Part shown: positions 38,491 to 48,201 of the stretch, piece after piece
Layout of the letters: every line of letters starts with the position of its first letter
Numbering within the stretch: position 1 is the first letter of the stretch
Assembly: GCA_045577945.1 (NCBI GenBank)
Contig: JAZNJG010000189.1
Location: 1-59,505, forward strand
Length of the DNA: 59,505 bases
Direction: 5' to 3'
From: Bacilli bacterium
Lineage (GTDB): Bacteria > Bacillota_I > Bacilli_A > ML615J-28 > CAG-698
The notes under the pieces: generated by a model
What the model saw: only the letters and a program-made list of their open reading frames with translations
What the model was told of the DNA's origin: nothing
Database searches by the model: none
Made by a program: the position numbers and the translations under genes

Positions 38491-39582
38491 ATGAGAAAAT
38501 TCGAATTTATAAGACCTCAAATCAAATTTGATGAAACATGTGAAAATACTAACACTTATGCAAGGTTTGTAATCGAACCATTAGAAAGAGGTTATGGTCT
38601 TACTTTAGGTAACGCTCTTCGTAGAGTTTTACTATCATCAATGCCTGGTGTTGCAATGGTTGCAATGGACATTGAAGGTGTTGCTCATGAATTTATGGCT
38701 CTTGAAGGTGTAAGAGAAGATGTAACTGGAATAGTATTAAACTTAAAGAAAGTAATATTCAAAATTGATGATGATGTTTTATATAAACCAATGCCAAAAG
38801 CTCAAGAAGACATTTATGAATTAAGTGTAATCAAAGAGGGTGAAGGTGTAGTTACTGCTGGAGATTTAATTGATCATTCTAATGCTTTAACAGTTGTTAA
38901 TCCAGATCAAGTTATTGCAACCCTTTCAAAAGGTGCTAAATTTAAAGCTCGTTTCTATGCAAAAAGAGGAATTGGTTACGTTGGAGCAGATGAAAATAAG
39001 ATTTTCTGCAAAGATGAAAATAATAATATTATCGTTGATAGAATTGCAATTGATGCTATTTATACTCCAATCACTAAGGTTAATTATGAAGTAGAAAAAA
39101 CACGTGTTGAAGGCGATGTTACATATGACAAATTAACTATGGAAGTTTGGACAAACGATTCAATCAAACCTTCTGATGCTGTTTCACTCGCATCAAAATT
39201 CTTAATTGAACATTTCCAAATCTTTACTACACTAAATGAAATGGTTAGTAAAGAAGAATATATGTATGAAAAAGAAGAAAAGAAAGAAAATAAAAAATAT
39301 GAAATCAAGATTGAAGAACTTGATTTATCAGTTCGTTCATTCAACTGTCTTAAGAGAGCTGGCTTAAATACTTTAGGCGATTTAACTCAAAAGACAGAAG
39401 AAGAAATGATAAAAGTTCGTAATCTTGGACGTAAATCATTAAAAGAAGTTAGTATGAAACTTCATGAAAGAGGATTAAGCTTTAAACATCAATATGATGC
39501 AGATTCATATTTTAATGATGAAGAAGTTGATGATGCTGATCTTTTAGATGATGATGCTGACTCAGATGATGATATCGATTAA
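38491..39582 (+). CDS. rpoA: RNA polymerase alpha subunit (with insertions and acidic tail)
   Basis: [28 protein letters not shown] and RNLGRKS. Confidence 0.99.
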   Translation: MRKFEFIRPQIKFDETCENTNTYARFVIEPLERGYGLTLGNALRRVLLSSMPGVAMVAMDIEGVAHEFMALEGVREDVTGIVLNLKKVIFKIDDDVLYKPMPKAQEDIYELSVIKEGEGVVTAGDLIDHSNALTVVNPDQVIATLSKGAKFKARFYAKRGIGYVGADENKIFCKDENNNIIVDRIAIDAIYTPITKVNYEVEKTRVEGDVTYDKLTMEVWTNDSIKPSDAVSLASKFLIEHFQIFTTLNEMVSKEEYMYEKEEKKENKKYEIKIEELDLSVRSFNCLKRAGLNTLGDLTQKTEEEMIKVRNLGRKSLKEVSMKLHERGLSFKHQYDADSYFNDEEVDDADLLDDDADSDDDID

Positions 39583-39599
39583 TACACAGGAGGAAGAAA

Positions 39600-39965
39600 A
39601 TGTCATTAGGTTACCGTAAATTAGGTCGTAACTCTGCTCAAAGAAAAGCTCTTTTAAGAGATTTAATTACAGACCTTATTATAAATGAACAAATTGAAAC
39701 AACATTGTATAAAGCTAAAGAACTTCAAAGACTTGCTGATAAAATGGTTACATTAGGCAAGAAAGGTGATTTAGCAGCTATTCGCCAAGCTTCTAAGTTA
39801 ATCAGATTTGAAAAAGATGAAGAAGGACAATATGCAGTTCAAAAATTATTTAAGGAAATCGCTCCTAAATATGCTGAACGTAATGGTGGATATACTAGAG
39901 TTTTAAAAACAATGCCTAGACGTGGAGATAACGCTCCAATGGCTATCATTGCTTTTGTAAAATAG
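39600..39965 (+). CDS. rplQ: 50S ribosomal protein L17
   Basis: RKLGR, RNGGYTR and RRGDNAPMA. Confidence 0.99.
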   Translation: MSLGYRKLGRNSAQRKALLRDLITDLIINEQIETTLYKAKELQRLADKMVTLGKKGDLAAIRQASKLIRFEKDEEGQYAVQKLFKEIAPKYAERNGGYTRVLKTMPRRGDNAPMAIIAFVK

Positions 39966-40006
39966 TTTAAATAAATGTAAAACTATATTGTTATAAATAT
40001 ATGATT

Positions 40007-40035
40007 AAAGAACACTGGTTTCCCAGTGTTTTTTT
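40007..40035 (+). terminator. Terminator of the ribosomal superoperon
   Basis: aacactgg-tttc-ccagtgtt followed by T-run. Confidence 0.85.
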
Positions 40036-40161
40036 AATTGTTAATAACATTGTAAGGTGGTAAAGCTCAAAATGGAGGCCAAGGATTATTAGTATAATAT
40101 ATATTAAATATTTATATTTTATGAAAAATATGATATAATTAAAAGGAAATGGAGAATATTT

Positions 40162-41157
40162 ATGAAAAAATTATTAATGATATTATTACTATTTTCGATG
40201 TTTATTTTAGGATGTGCTGAAGAAGAAAATATTTCAATAGAGATTCAAGCTATAGAAACTAATCTATCAATTGGAGATTCCTATGAACTAAGGGTGATTG
40301 ATAATAATAATAATCTACTTGACAATCAAGATTTATTATGGGATAGTACAGATTACAATATTTGTAAGGTTGATAAACAAGGAAAGTTAATTGCGAAAGA
40401 TTATGGCCTTGCCACAATAAAAGCAAAATTGAAAAGTGATTTGAGTGTGACTTCAGAAATTGATATCTTTATTTCATATAAAACAGTGGAAGAGGTAAAT
40501 ATTGTAAAGGAAAAGATGGAAGATGATATGACTTCATCTGGACTAGATGATGTTATAGTTAAATATGCCTCAAAATATGGGAAAATAATCGTTAAAAGTT
40601 TAGCAGGAAAATTAAGTGATTTTGCTTTTTATAAAACTTTAATTGATGTCCTTATCACTAAGGATACATATATGTTTTCAATGACATATCCAGGATATGA
40701 TATCAAAAATGGAATTGTCTTTTATTTAAGTGATTGGACTAATTATGATTCTTATGTAAGTTTAGACAAATTAACAGCAAAAGAGCTATCTAAAAATATT
40801 GCATATAGTCTATTCCTAGATTCTAAAAATGGTAAGACAATCACTGAGTTTGTGGAAACGATTAAATCTGAGATAATGGGACAATTACCTGATAATAATT
40901 TATACAAATTTAGTTTAATGAATAGAAATTATCAATATCGAGTGGTAGTTAGAGCTGATTTCCAAACAGTTTTAGTTCAAGATTTATATAGCACAGGAGC
41001 TGGTAAAGGAATAGTAGATACTATACTTGGAATTGGTGATATAGGAAATTGGACATTTGATTATATCTTTAATAATTTTGGTAGAGAAGAATTAGTAACA
41101 GAAGTTTTAAATATTAAGAATATCAAATTATGTATTGAATATCGCAAAAGAGGATAG
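40162..41157 (+). CDS. Lipoprotein: Big_2 domain plus unrecognised C-terminal domain
   Basis: Lipobox FILGC and WDSTDYNICKVDKQGKLIAKDYG. Upstream TG-a-TATAAT and ggag RBS. Confidence 0.75.
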   Translation: MKKLLMILLLFSMFILGCAEEENISIEIQAIETNLSIGDSYELRVIDNNNNLLDNQDLLWDSTDYNICKVDKQGKLIAKDYGLATIKAKLKSDLSVTSEIDIFISYKTVEEVNIVKEKMEDDMTSSGLDDVIVKYASKYGKIIVKSLAGKLSDFAFYKTLIDVLITKDTYMFSMTYPGYDIKNGIVFYLSDWTNYDSYVSLDKLTAKELSKNIAYSLFLDSKNGKTITEFVETIKSEIMGQLPDNNLYKFSLMNRNYQYRVVVRADFQTVLVQDLYSTGAGKGIVDTILGIGDIGNWTFDYIFNNFGREELVTEVLNIKNIKLCIEYRKRG

Positions 41158-41160
41158 TAT

Positions 41161-42120
41161 ATGATAAAAACAATAATAAGTAAATATATCATAATTATAG
41201 TGGCTTTATTTACGACTCTAATATTTATTTCTTGTAATAATGAATTATCTTTAGAAGAAGATATTTATGAAATTATTGTTGGGGGTAAAAAAGAGATAAA
41301 AGTACTAAGAAATGGCGAAAGACTAACAAATGATATTCTTCAATTTGCTAGTGAAGATCCTGAAGTTGCCGTGTGTACAGAAAATGGATATGTACAGGGA
41401 ATGAGCGCTGGTAAAACAAATATTTTCGTTCAAACACTTGATAGCAAGGAAACATTTGTATTTGAAGTAAAAGTAATTTACAATGTGTTTAACAATAGAA
41501 GTCCAATAATTTCAAGTGAAAAGAAATCCTTAACAAATTACAGTAAACATGATTTTTGGGATTACAATAATTATACAGAAAGAATTGGGGATTGGGATTT
41601 ATTGGAAATTGCTAAAATGCTATTAACTAAGAAACAAGACGATTATGTGTTCACTGATTTGTATCAAGTTTATTCAGCTACAAATGATCTATTATATAGC
41701 ATTACCGATTACACTAACGAAGATGTGAGTTTTGATAATTCTTTATATAATAAAATTAATCTAAGAAAATTTTTAGCTAAAAAAATGAATGTCAGTGAAG
41801 ATAAGTTTTCGAATTATACGATAGATAAAGCTATAATAAAAGTAAAAGAGGCTATTGCTAAAGCATTCGATTTATATAAAGGGGAAATTAGATTATCTAA
41901 TCTATCTAAATCTTATAAATATAGGGTTTACTTTAGTATCGATTATAAAATATATCAAACCAATAATCGCTATAGCAGAGGAACGCTTGGAGGTCTTGGT
42001 TCAATAATAGGAGATATCTTTAATGGTGACATTGAAAGTTTTTTGAATTCCTATACCTATATAGAAACTAGATATGAAGTAGAGGTTACTAGTTGTTTTG
42101 TTATTATAGAGAAAGTATAA
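41161..42120 (+). CDS. Lipoprotein: Big_2 domain plus unrecognised C-terminal domain (paralogue of the upstream gene)
   Basis: Lipobox IFISC and FASEDPEVAVCTENGYVQGMSAG. The C-terminal domain is collinear with 40162..41157. Confidence 0.75.
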   Translation: MIKTIISKYIIIIVALFTTLIFISCNNELSLEEDIYEIIVGGKKEIKVLRNGERLTNDILQFASEDPEVAVCTENGYVQGMSAGKTNIFVQTLDSKETFVFEVKVIYNVFNNRSPIISSEKKSLTNYSKHDFWDYNNYTERIGDWDLLEIAKMLLTKKQDDYVFTDLYQVYSATNDLLYSITDYTNEDVSFDNSLYNKINLRKFLAKKMNVSEDKFSNYTIDKAIIKVKEAIAKAFDLYKGEIRLSNLSKSYKYRVYFSIDYKIYQTNNRYSRGTLGGLGSIIGDIFNGDIESFLNSYTYIETRYEVEVTSCFVIIEKV

Positions 42121-42146
42121 ATATAAAATATAGAATTAATTTAAAC

Positions 42147-42175
42147 TTGAAAAATAATTATAAAAGTAGTATAAT
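42147..42175 (+). promoter_or_regulatory. sigmaA promoter of pheST
   Basis: TTGAAA-17 bp-TATAAT. Confidence 0.8.
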
Positions 42176-42182
42176 ATACATA

Positions 42183-42450
42183 ATGCGTAGATACTAGAGT
42201 AGTAAAGACAAATAAATTATTTGTAGAGAGTTTAGGGAAGGTGCAACTAAACATTAATTATGTTTTGAATTCGCTAGTGGAGTGGCTCTAATAAAGCCCG
42301 CATTCCTGCGTTAAAGGATAATTGAGAGCAAAATATAATGTTGACTATATTTTGAAGTAAGGTGGTACCGCGATAATTCGTCCTTAGGTGTATTAAATAA
42401 TTTAGCATATTGCTACTATTATTTAATTTAACTTAAGGATTTTATTTTTA
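42183..42450 (+). ncRNA. T-box riboswitch (Phe, UUC specifier)
   Basis: AGTA, AGAGA and GGTG boxes; GAA-TTC specifier at 42267-42272; T-box AAGGTGGTACCGCG at 42359-42372; downstream terminator. Lies upstream of pheS. Confidence 0.93.
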
Positions 42451-42466
42451 TATTTAGGAGGATTGT

Positions 42467-43489
42467 ATGATTAATCGCATCAATGAGTTGCAAGAAAAAG
42501 CCTTAGAAAAAATTTCACAATGTAAGAACTTAAATGAATTAAACGAAGCAAAGGCAGAAAGTTTAGGTAAAAAAAGTCCTGTCCAAGAAATTATGTCTAA
42601 GATGAGAGAATTTTCTGTGGAAGAAAAGAAAGAAATCGGAAAAAAAGTTAATGAATTTAAAGTTGCTGTTGAAGAAGCAGTAAGTAAAAAATTAGAAGAA
42701 ATTAAAGAAGCAGAAGTAAACAAAAAACTTCAAAACGAAAAAATAGATGTTACTTTACCTGGTAAAGAAATGTTAGAAGGTTCTCTTCATGTGTTAACAA
42801 AAACAATTGAAGAACTTGAAGATATCTTTATTGGTATGGGTTATGAAATTGCGGAAGGACCAGAAGTTGAAGAAGACCTATATAATTTCGAAATGATGAA
42901 CTTACCTAAAGATCATCCTGCACGTGATATGCAAGACTCTTTCTATATCACACAAACTAATCTACTTCGTACACATACTTCACCAGTTCAAGCACGTGTT
43001 ATGCTTGCTAAAAAAGGCAGTCCAATCAAGGTTGTTTGTCCTGGTAAGGTTTATAGAAGAGATAATGATGATGCAACACACTCTCATCAATTTATGCAAT
43101 TAGAAGGACTAGTTGTTGATAAAAACATTTCAATGTCTGATTTAAAAGGTACATTAACAGAAGTATTTAATAAAGTTTTAAGTAAAGATACTAAAGTAAG
43201 ATTTAGACCTTCATTTTTCCCATTCACTGAGCCAAGTGTAGAAGTTGATGTTACTTGTTTCAAGTGTGGCGGTAAGGGTTGTCCATTATGTAAGGGAAAT
43301 GGTTGGATTGAAGTATTAGGTGCTGGTATGGTTCATCCTAATGTTTTAAGAATGGCTGGTTATGATCCTGAAGTATATCAAGGATTTGCCTTTGGTATCG
43401 GAATTGAAAGAATTACTATGTTAAAGCGTGGAATTGATGATATCAGAAATTTCTATATCAATGATCCTCGTTTCATCAAACAATTCTAG
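42467..43489 (+). CDS. pheS: Phenylalanine-tRNA ligase alpha subunit
   Basis: [23 protein letters not shown] and [10 protein letters not shown]. Confidence 0.99.
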   Translation: MINRINELQEKALEKISQCKNLNELNEAKAESLGKKSPVQEIMSKMREFSVEEKKEIGKKVNEFKVAVEEAVSKKLEEIKEAEVNKKLQNEKIDVTLPGKEMLEGSLHVLTKTIEELEDIFIGMGYEIAEGPEVEEDLYNFEMMNLPKDHPARDMQDSFYITQTNLLRTHTSPVQARVMLAKKGSPIKVVCPGKVYRRDNDDATHSHQFMQLEGLVVDKNISMSDLKGTLTEVFNKVLSKDTKVRFRPSFFPFTEPSVEVDVTCFKCGGKGCPLCKGNGWIEVLGAGMVHPNVLRMAGYDPEVYQGFAFGIGIERITMLKRGIDDIRNFYINDPRFIKQF

Positions 43490-43507
43490 AGAAAGGAATG
43501 AACTAAC

Positions 43508-45889
43508 ATGAGAGTAAAATTAGATTGGTTAAATGAATTAGTTGATATGAGTGGTTATACTACTCAAGAAATAGTTGATAAATTAAGTTTATATTCTACT
43601 GAAATAGAAAGTGTTGATAGAGTTTTATCAGGAACAAATTTAGTTGTTGGTCATGTGCTAACTTGCATAGATCATCCAGATAGTGATCATTTACATATAA
43701 CAACAGTAGATGTAGGTGATGAAGTTCTTCAAATTGTTTGTGGGGCACCTAATATTGCTGCAGGACAATATGTAATTGTTGCTAAAGTTGGAGCTGTACT
43801 TCCTGGAGATTTTAAAATTAAGAAGGCTAAAGTAAGAGGTGTTGAATCATGTGGGATGATTTGTTCATTATCTGAATTAGGAATGGAAAGTAAATATGTT
43901 CCAAGTGAATATAGTGATGGTATATATTACTTTGTAAAAGACGTTAAACCAGGAGACGATCCTCTTAAACATTTATACTTTAATGATGACATTTTAGAGT
44001 TAGGTTTAACACCTAATAGAGCAGATATGTTAAGTATGTTAGGTGTAGCGTATGAAGTAAGTGCAGTTTTCGAACGTCAAATGAAAGAATTGAAATATGA
44101 TTATGTTGAAAGTGATGAATTAAATAGAGATAATATTTCTGTTGAAATTGCAACTGACAAATGTCCTGTATACTATGCTAAAGTGATTAAGAACATCAAG
44201 ATAAAGAAATCTCCTGACTGGCTAATTTCGCGTTTAATCGCTTTTGGTGTAAGACCAATTAATAACGCAGTTGACATTACAAACTACATTCTAGCGCTAT
44301 TTGGGCAACCATTACACGCATTTGATGCGGATTTGTTAGGTAATAAGATAGTTGTAAGAAATGCTTATGAAAATGAAGAATTTGTGACTCTTGACAACAT
44401 AAAAAGAACATTAGTAAGTGATGATGTAGTTATTACCAACGGAAAAGAAGTTGTAGCTTTAGCTGGAGTAATGGGAGGATTAAACACTCATGTTACAAAT
44501 GATACTAAATCTATCGTTTTAGAAATAGCGGCCTTTGATTCTGTATCAGTTCGTAAGACTTATAAACGATTGGATTTAAGAAGTGAAGCAGCTATTAGAT
44601 ATGAAAAAGGTGTTGATTTAAATAGAATTAAATTAGCAATGGAATATGCTTGTTATCTATTTAAAGAACTTTGCGAAGCAGACATCTTAAAAGGTGATGT
44701 ATATGCTGGAAGCACAGAAACGAAAGATTCTGAAATTAAATTAACTGAAGAATATGTATCAAATTATTTAGGAATAAAAGTAGAAAAGGAAGAAATCAAG
44801 TCAATTTGTGAAAGATTAAAATTTAAATGCACTGATGACTTGGTTGTATCTGTTCCTTCAAGAAGAAGAGATATTTCTATAAAAGCTGATATGGTTGAAG
44901 AAATAGGAAGACTTCATGGTTATGAATATTTACCAGAAACATTACCTTATACATCTAGTGCAGGTTCTCTAACTAAATATCAAAAAGATAGAAGAACGCT
45001 TCGCCATGCTTTAGTTGCTTTAGGATTAAGCGATGCTATTAATTACTCATTAAGAGAAAATAATGATACGTTTACATATTTATTTGAAGAAAATGCAAAA
45101 GACATAGAATTATTATATCCAATAAGTAAGGAAAGAAAACTTTTAAGAAAGAATTTAATACCAAGTTTATTAGAGAATGTATCTTACGTATTTAATAGAA
45201 AAATTAAGAATTGTGCATTCTTCGAATTAGGGAAAGTATATTACCAAATAGAAGATAAATACATCGAAGAAGAACATCTAGGATTTGCAATGTCTGGAAG
45301 TTTATCTAATACACTATGGCAAGGAAAAAATGAAGAAATTGATTTCTTCACATTAAAAGGAATAGTTAATTCTGTATTTGGAAAACTTGATGTAAAATTT
45401 GAATATGAGATGTTAGATGAAGTAAAGGAAATGCATCCATTAAGAACTGCTAAGATACTTTACAATAACAAAAAAGTTGGATTTATTGGTATGTTACATC
45501 CAAAATATGCTCAAACAAATGACTTACAAAATGTTTATGTTTGCGAAGTGAACCTTAAAGATATATTAGGTAAGGAAGATGAAACTAAAATTTATACCCC
45601 TGTAAGTAAAGTTCCTGCTGTTGAAAGAGATTTAGCAATAGTTTTACCAAAAGGTGTTCCTGCAGGTAAACTTGTAGATGAAATCAAAAAGGTTGATAAA
45701 AAATTAATTAGTAATGTTTTAGTATTTGATGTTTACGAAGGCGAAAAAGTAAAAGAAGATGAGAAGTCTATAGCTTTAAAGATAGTATTTACATCAAATG
45801 AAACTCTAACTGATGAAATCATCAACGGAAAAGTAAATAAAATAATCAAAAATATCGAGAGAAATTTAAATGGTTATTTAAGAGCTTAG
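43508..45889 (+). CDS. pheT: Phenylalanine-tRNA ligase beta subunit
   Basis: IVCGAPN, RGVESCGMICS, LTPNRAD and EEIGRLHGY; C-terminal FDX-ACB domain. Confidence 0.99.
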   Translation: MRVKLDWLNELVDMSGYTTQEIVDKLSLYSTEIESVDRVLSGTNLVVGHVLTCIDHPDSDHLHITTVDVGDEVLQIVCGAPNIAAGQYVIVAKVGAVLPGDFKIKKAKVRGVESCGMICSLSELGMESKYVPSEYSDGIYYFVKDVKPGDDPLKHLYFNDDILELGLTPNRADMLSMLGVAYEVSAVFERQMKELKYDYVESDELNRDNISVEIATDKCPVYYAKVIKNIKIKKSPDWLISRLIAFGVRPINNAVDITNYILALFGQPLHAFDADLLGNKIVVRNAYENEEFVTLDNIKRTLVSDDVVITNGKEVVALAGVMGGLNTHVTNDTKSIVLEIAAFDSVSVRKTYKRLDLRSEAAIRYEKGVDLNRIKLAMEYACYLFKELCEADILKGDVYAGSTETKDSEIKLTEEYVSNYLGIKVEKEEIKSICERLKFKCTDDLVVSVPSRRRDISIKADMVEEIGRLHGYEYLPETLPYTSSAGSLTKYQKDRRTLRHALVALGLSDAINYSLRENNDTFTYLFEENAKDIELLYPISKERKLLRKNLIPSLLENVSYVFNRKIKNCAFFELGKVYYQIEDKYIEEEHLGFAMSGSLSNTLWQGKNEEIDFFTLKGIVNSVFGKLDVKFEYEMLDEVKEMHPLRTAKILYNNKKVGFIGMLHPKYAQTNDLQNVYVCEVNLKDILGKEDETKIYTPVSKVPAVERDLAIVLPKGVPAGKLVDEIKKVDKKLISNVLVFDVYEGEKVKEDEKSIALKIVFTSNETLTDEIINGKVNKIIKNIERNLNGYLRA

Positions 45890-45904
45890 AATTATAAATA
45901 AATT

Positions 45905-45942
45905 AATCCCCCTCTTAGTATTTTATAAAGGGGGGTTTATTT
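45905..45942 (+). terminator. Intrinsic terminator
   Basis: aatccccct...aggggggttt hairpin. Confidence 0.7.
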
Positions 45943-46095
45943 AGGATTGAAGTTACTATAAATAGGAAATATTTATTAAATAATTTATAAATTTTGTCAT
46001 TGTTTATATAAAAATTAAAAGATTAAACAAGTAAATTAATACTAGTTTACTAAAAATCTATTTAATAAAAGATAATATGATAAGAAGGTGATAAA

Positions 46096-47226
46096 GTGAC
46101 AAACATTATTGATTATATTAAATGGCATGGTGACTTATCTTTCAATGAATCTAAGATCAATATAATTGATCTATATATTTTAACTATATTACCGATATTC
46201 GAATTTGATAATATCGCATATGAATATGATCCTCTTGAGACTAACCCGAAAGAGAAAACAATTGGAGAACTAACTCAACAATATTTTTCAATTAATAAAA
46301 ATAACAAAGATTTAGGTTTACTATTACCTCCTGGACTTGTTCAAATGCTAAAGGAATTAGGAAAGTCAAAGAGATTTAAAGATATAACAACTTCAAATTA
46401 TATCAATGTAATTGACTATGAAAAAGAAGAACAATTCAGTGCAATGGTTTTCCATTTTCCTAATTTTCTTTTAATTTCATACAGTGGAACAGATGATACA
46501 ATTATTGGTTGGAAAGAAAACTTTAACATGTTAACTCTTGATAAAATTCCTTCACAAACTAGAGCTGAAGAATATTCTAAATATGTGTTTAAAACATACA
46601 AGAAGCCAGTTATTACCTCTGGACATTCAAAAGGTGGAAACATGGCAATTTTTGGAGGAATGGCCATCCCTAATGAACATTTATTAAATGTACTAGCTTT
46701 TGATGCTCCAGGAGTTAATGAAAAAGTATCTAAAACACTAGAATATCAAACAATTTTACCAAAATTAAAAGAATTCATTCCAGAAGAATCCATTATCGGT
46801 AGACTATTTATACACAAAAGCAGTTATTATGTAGTTAAAAGTAATAAAAAAGGAATATATCAACATGACCCTCTATCTTGGAGAGTAATGGGAAAAGATT
46901 TCATATATTCCAAAAGCTTATCAAAAGAAGCAATAGAAATAGATAAAAAAATTAAAACAATCATTTCTGAAATGACAGAAGAAGAAAAAATAGGATTTGG
47001 AGAGGCATTATATAAAATCTTTACAAAACCAAACGTTATTAGACTTAAAGATTTAGAAGGAAAAACATTTAATTTAGTTTCAGCATACTTTAAGCTTGAT
47101 AGAAAAGATAAGAAAGTTTTGCATAAACCTTTATTGAAGCTATTAAAGGAAAAATATTTCCAAAGGAGTCTATTTAAAAGTTTCAAAGAGTTTAGAGAAG
47201 CAAAAAAAGAAAAGAAAAAGAAATAA
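46096..47226 (+). CDS. DUF2974/Mbeg1-like alpha/beta-hydrolase (lipase-like)
   Basis: EQFSAM, GTDDTIIGWKEN, GHSKGG nucleophile, FDAPG and QHD..SW. Confidence 0.88.
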   Translation: MTNIIDYIKWHGDLSFNESKINIIDLYILTILPIFEFDNIAYEYDPLETNPKEKTIGELTQQYFSINKNNKDLGLLLPPGLVQMLKELGKSKRFKDITTSNYINVIDYEKEEQFSAMVFHFPNFLLISYSGTDDTIIGWKENFNMLTLDKIPSQTRAEEYSKYVFKTYKKPVITSGHSKGGNMAIFGGMAIPNEHLLNVLAFDAPGVNEKVSKTLEYQTILPKLKEFIPEESIIGRLFIHKSSYYVVKSNKKGIYQHDPLSWRVMGKDFIYSKSLSKEAIEIDKKIKTIISEMTEEEKIGFGEALYKIFTKPNVIRLKDLEGKTFNLVSAYFKLDRKDKKVLHKPLLKLLKEKYFQRSLFKSFKEFREAKKEKKKK

Positions 47227-47227
47227 T

Positions 47228-47273
47228 AAAAAAACTAGTTCTTAATGTACAGTTAAGAGCTAGTTTATTTTTT
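47228..47273. terminator. Bidirectional terminator
   Basis: aaactagttcttaa...ttaagagctagttt between convergent genes. Confidence 0.75.
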
Positions 47274-47284
47274 AATTAATATAA

Positions 47285-48199
47285 TTATTTAATATAATCA
47301 GCTTTTGAAAGTTTAGATATATAAACCTTAGGGTTCATATTAATTTCCTCAATTACTTCTTCTAAAATTGCTTTAGGAGTTGATGCCCCACCAGTTATCC
47401 CAATTGAAGTAAATTTGTTCAATAAATCATGATAATTATTTAAGTCATTAACATTTCTTATAAGAATTACTTCTTTACCATTATTCTTTACGATATTATA
47501 TAGTGATTTACAGTTGTTGCTTAATTTGTCTCCTACGATAATAAACATATCAAAGTTATTTAAATTATTTATCAAACCTTTTTGTCTTAATTCTGTGGCA
47601 TTGCATACTTTTTTTTCTATCACAACATTATTAACAAAATCATTTTTGATATCCTTACATTTTTTAATAACTTCATCATAGATTAAAGTAGTTTGAGTAG
47701 TAATATAGACTTTTTGATCTTTATTATTGATTATATGGTTCTTTACTAAAGATGAATCAAATATATGAACTCTATCACTTATCCCAAGATAGCCTTTTAC
47801 TTCAGGATGATTTTCACTTCCCATAATAAATACTTCATATCCTAAACTTAAATACTTCATAATATTATTATGAATCTTTATTACATTAGGACAGGTAGTG
47901 TCAATAATATCTAAACCTTTTTCATTAATTTGATCAATGGTTTTTGGACTTATACCATGGGCAGTAATAATAACTGTCCCTTGATCAATTTTATCTAAAT
48001 AATTATTAGGATCTTTAATAATATTAATTTTATCTTCAAAAAAACTAACAACATCTTCATTATGAACTAAATGCCCCAACATATAAAAGGGTTTTTTACT
48101 AAGAGGATTTTCTATTAAATCAAGAATTAATTTTATTGCTCTTTCTACTCCTTTACAAAAACAGTTTGGTGTAATTTCATAGGCTTTTATCATACTCAT
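47285..48199 (-). CDS. ispH: 4-hydroxy-3-methylbut-2-enyl diphosphate reductase
   Basis: FCKGV, VHN, AHG, DTTCP, HPEV, QTT, CNAT..RQ and GASTP. Start moved to ATG 48199 (or 48193), just after the GH9 stop. Confidence 0.93.
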   Translation of the reverse strand: MSMIKAYEITPNCFCKGVERAIKLILDLIENPLSKKPFYMLGHLVHNEDVVSFFEDKINIIKDPNNYLDKIDQGTVIITAHGISPKTIDQINEKGLDIIDTTCPNVIKIHNNIMKYLSLGYEVFIMGSENHPEVKGYLGISDRVHIFDSSLVKNHIINNKDQKVYITTQTTLIYDEVIKKCKDIKNDFVNNVVIEKKVCNATELRQKGLINNLNNFDMFIIVGDKLSNNCKSLYNIVKNNGKEVILIRNVNDLNNYHDLLNKFTSIGITGGASTPKAILEEVIEEINMNPKVYISKLSKADYIK

Positions 48200-48201
48200 A
48201 A

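Noticed and set aside
8095-40035. Similar hairpin cores ctggttccccag (8101) and ctggtttcccag (40015) as a dispersed repeat family
   Set aside because: Only two short copies, both explained as ordinary terminators.
40054-40066. T-box-like AAGGTGGTAAAGC upstream of the lipoprotein pair
   Set aside because: It lacks the ACC core, stem I motifs and a terminator, and lies upstream of the likely promoter.
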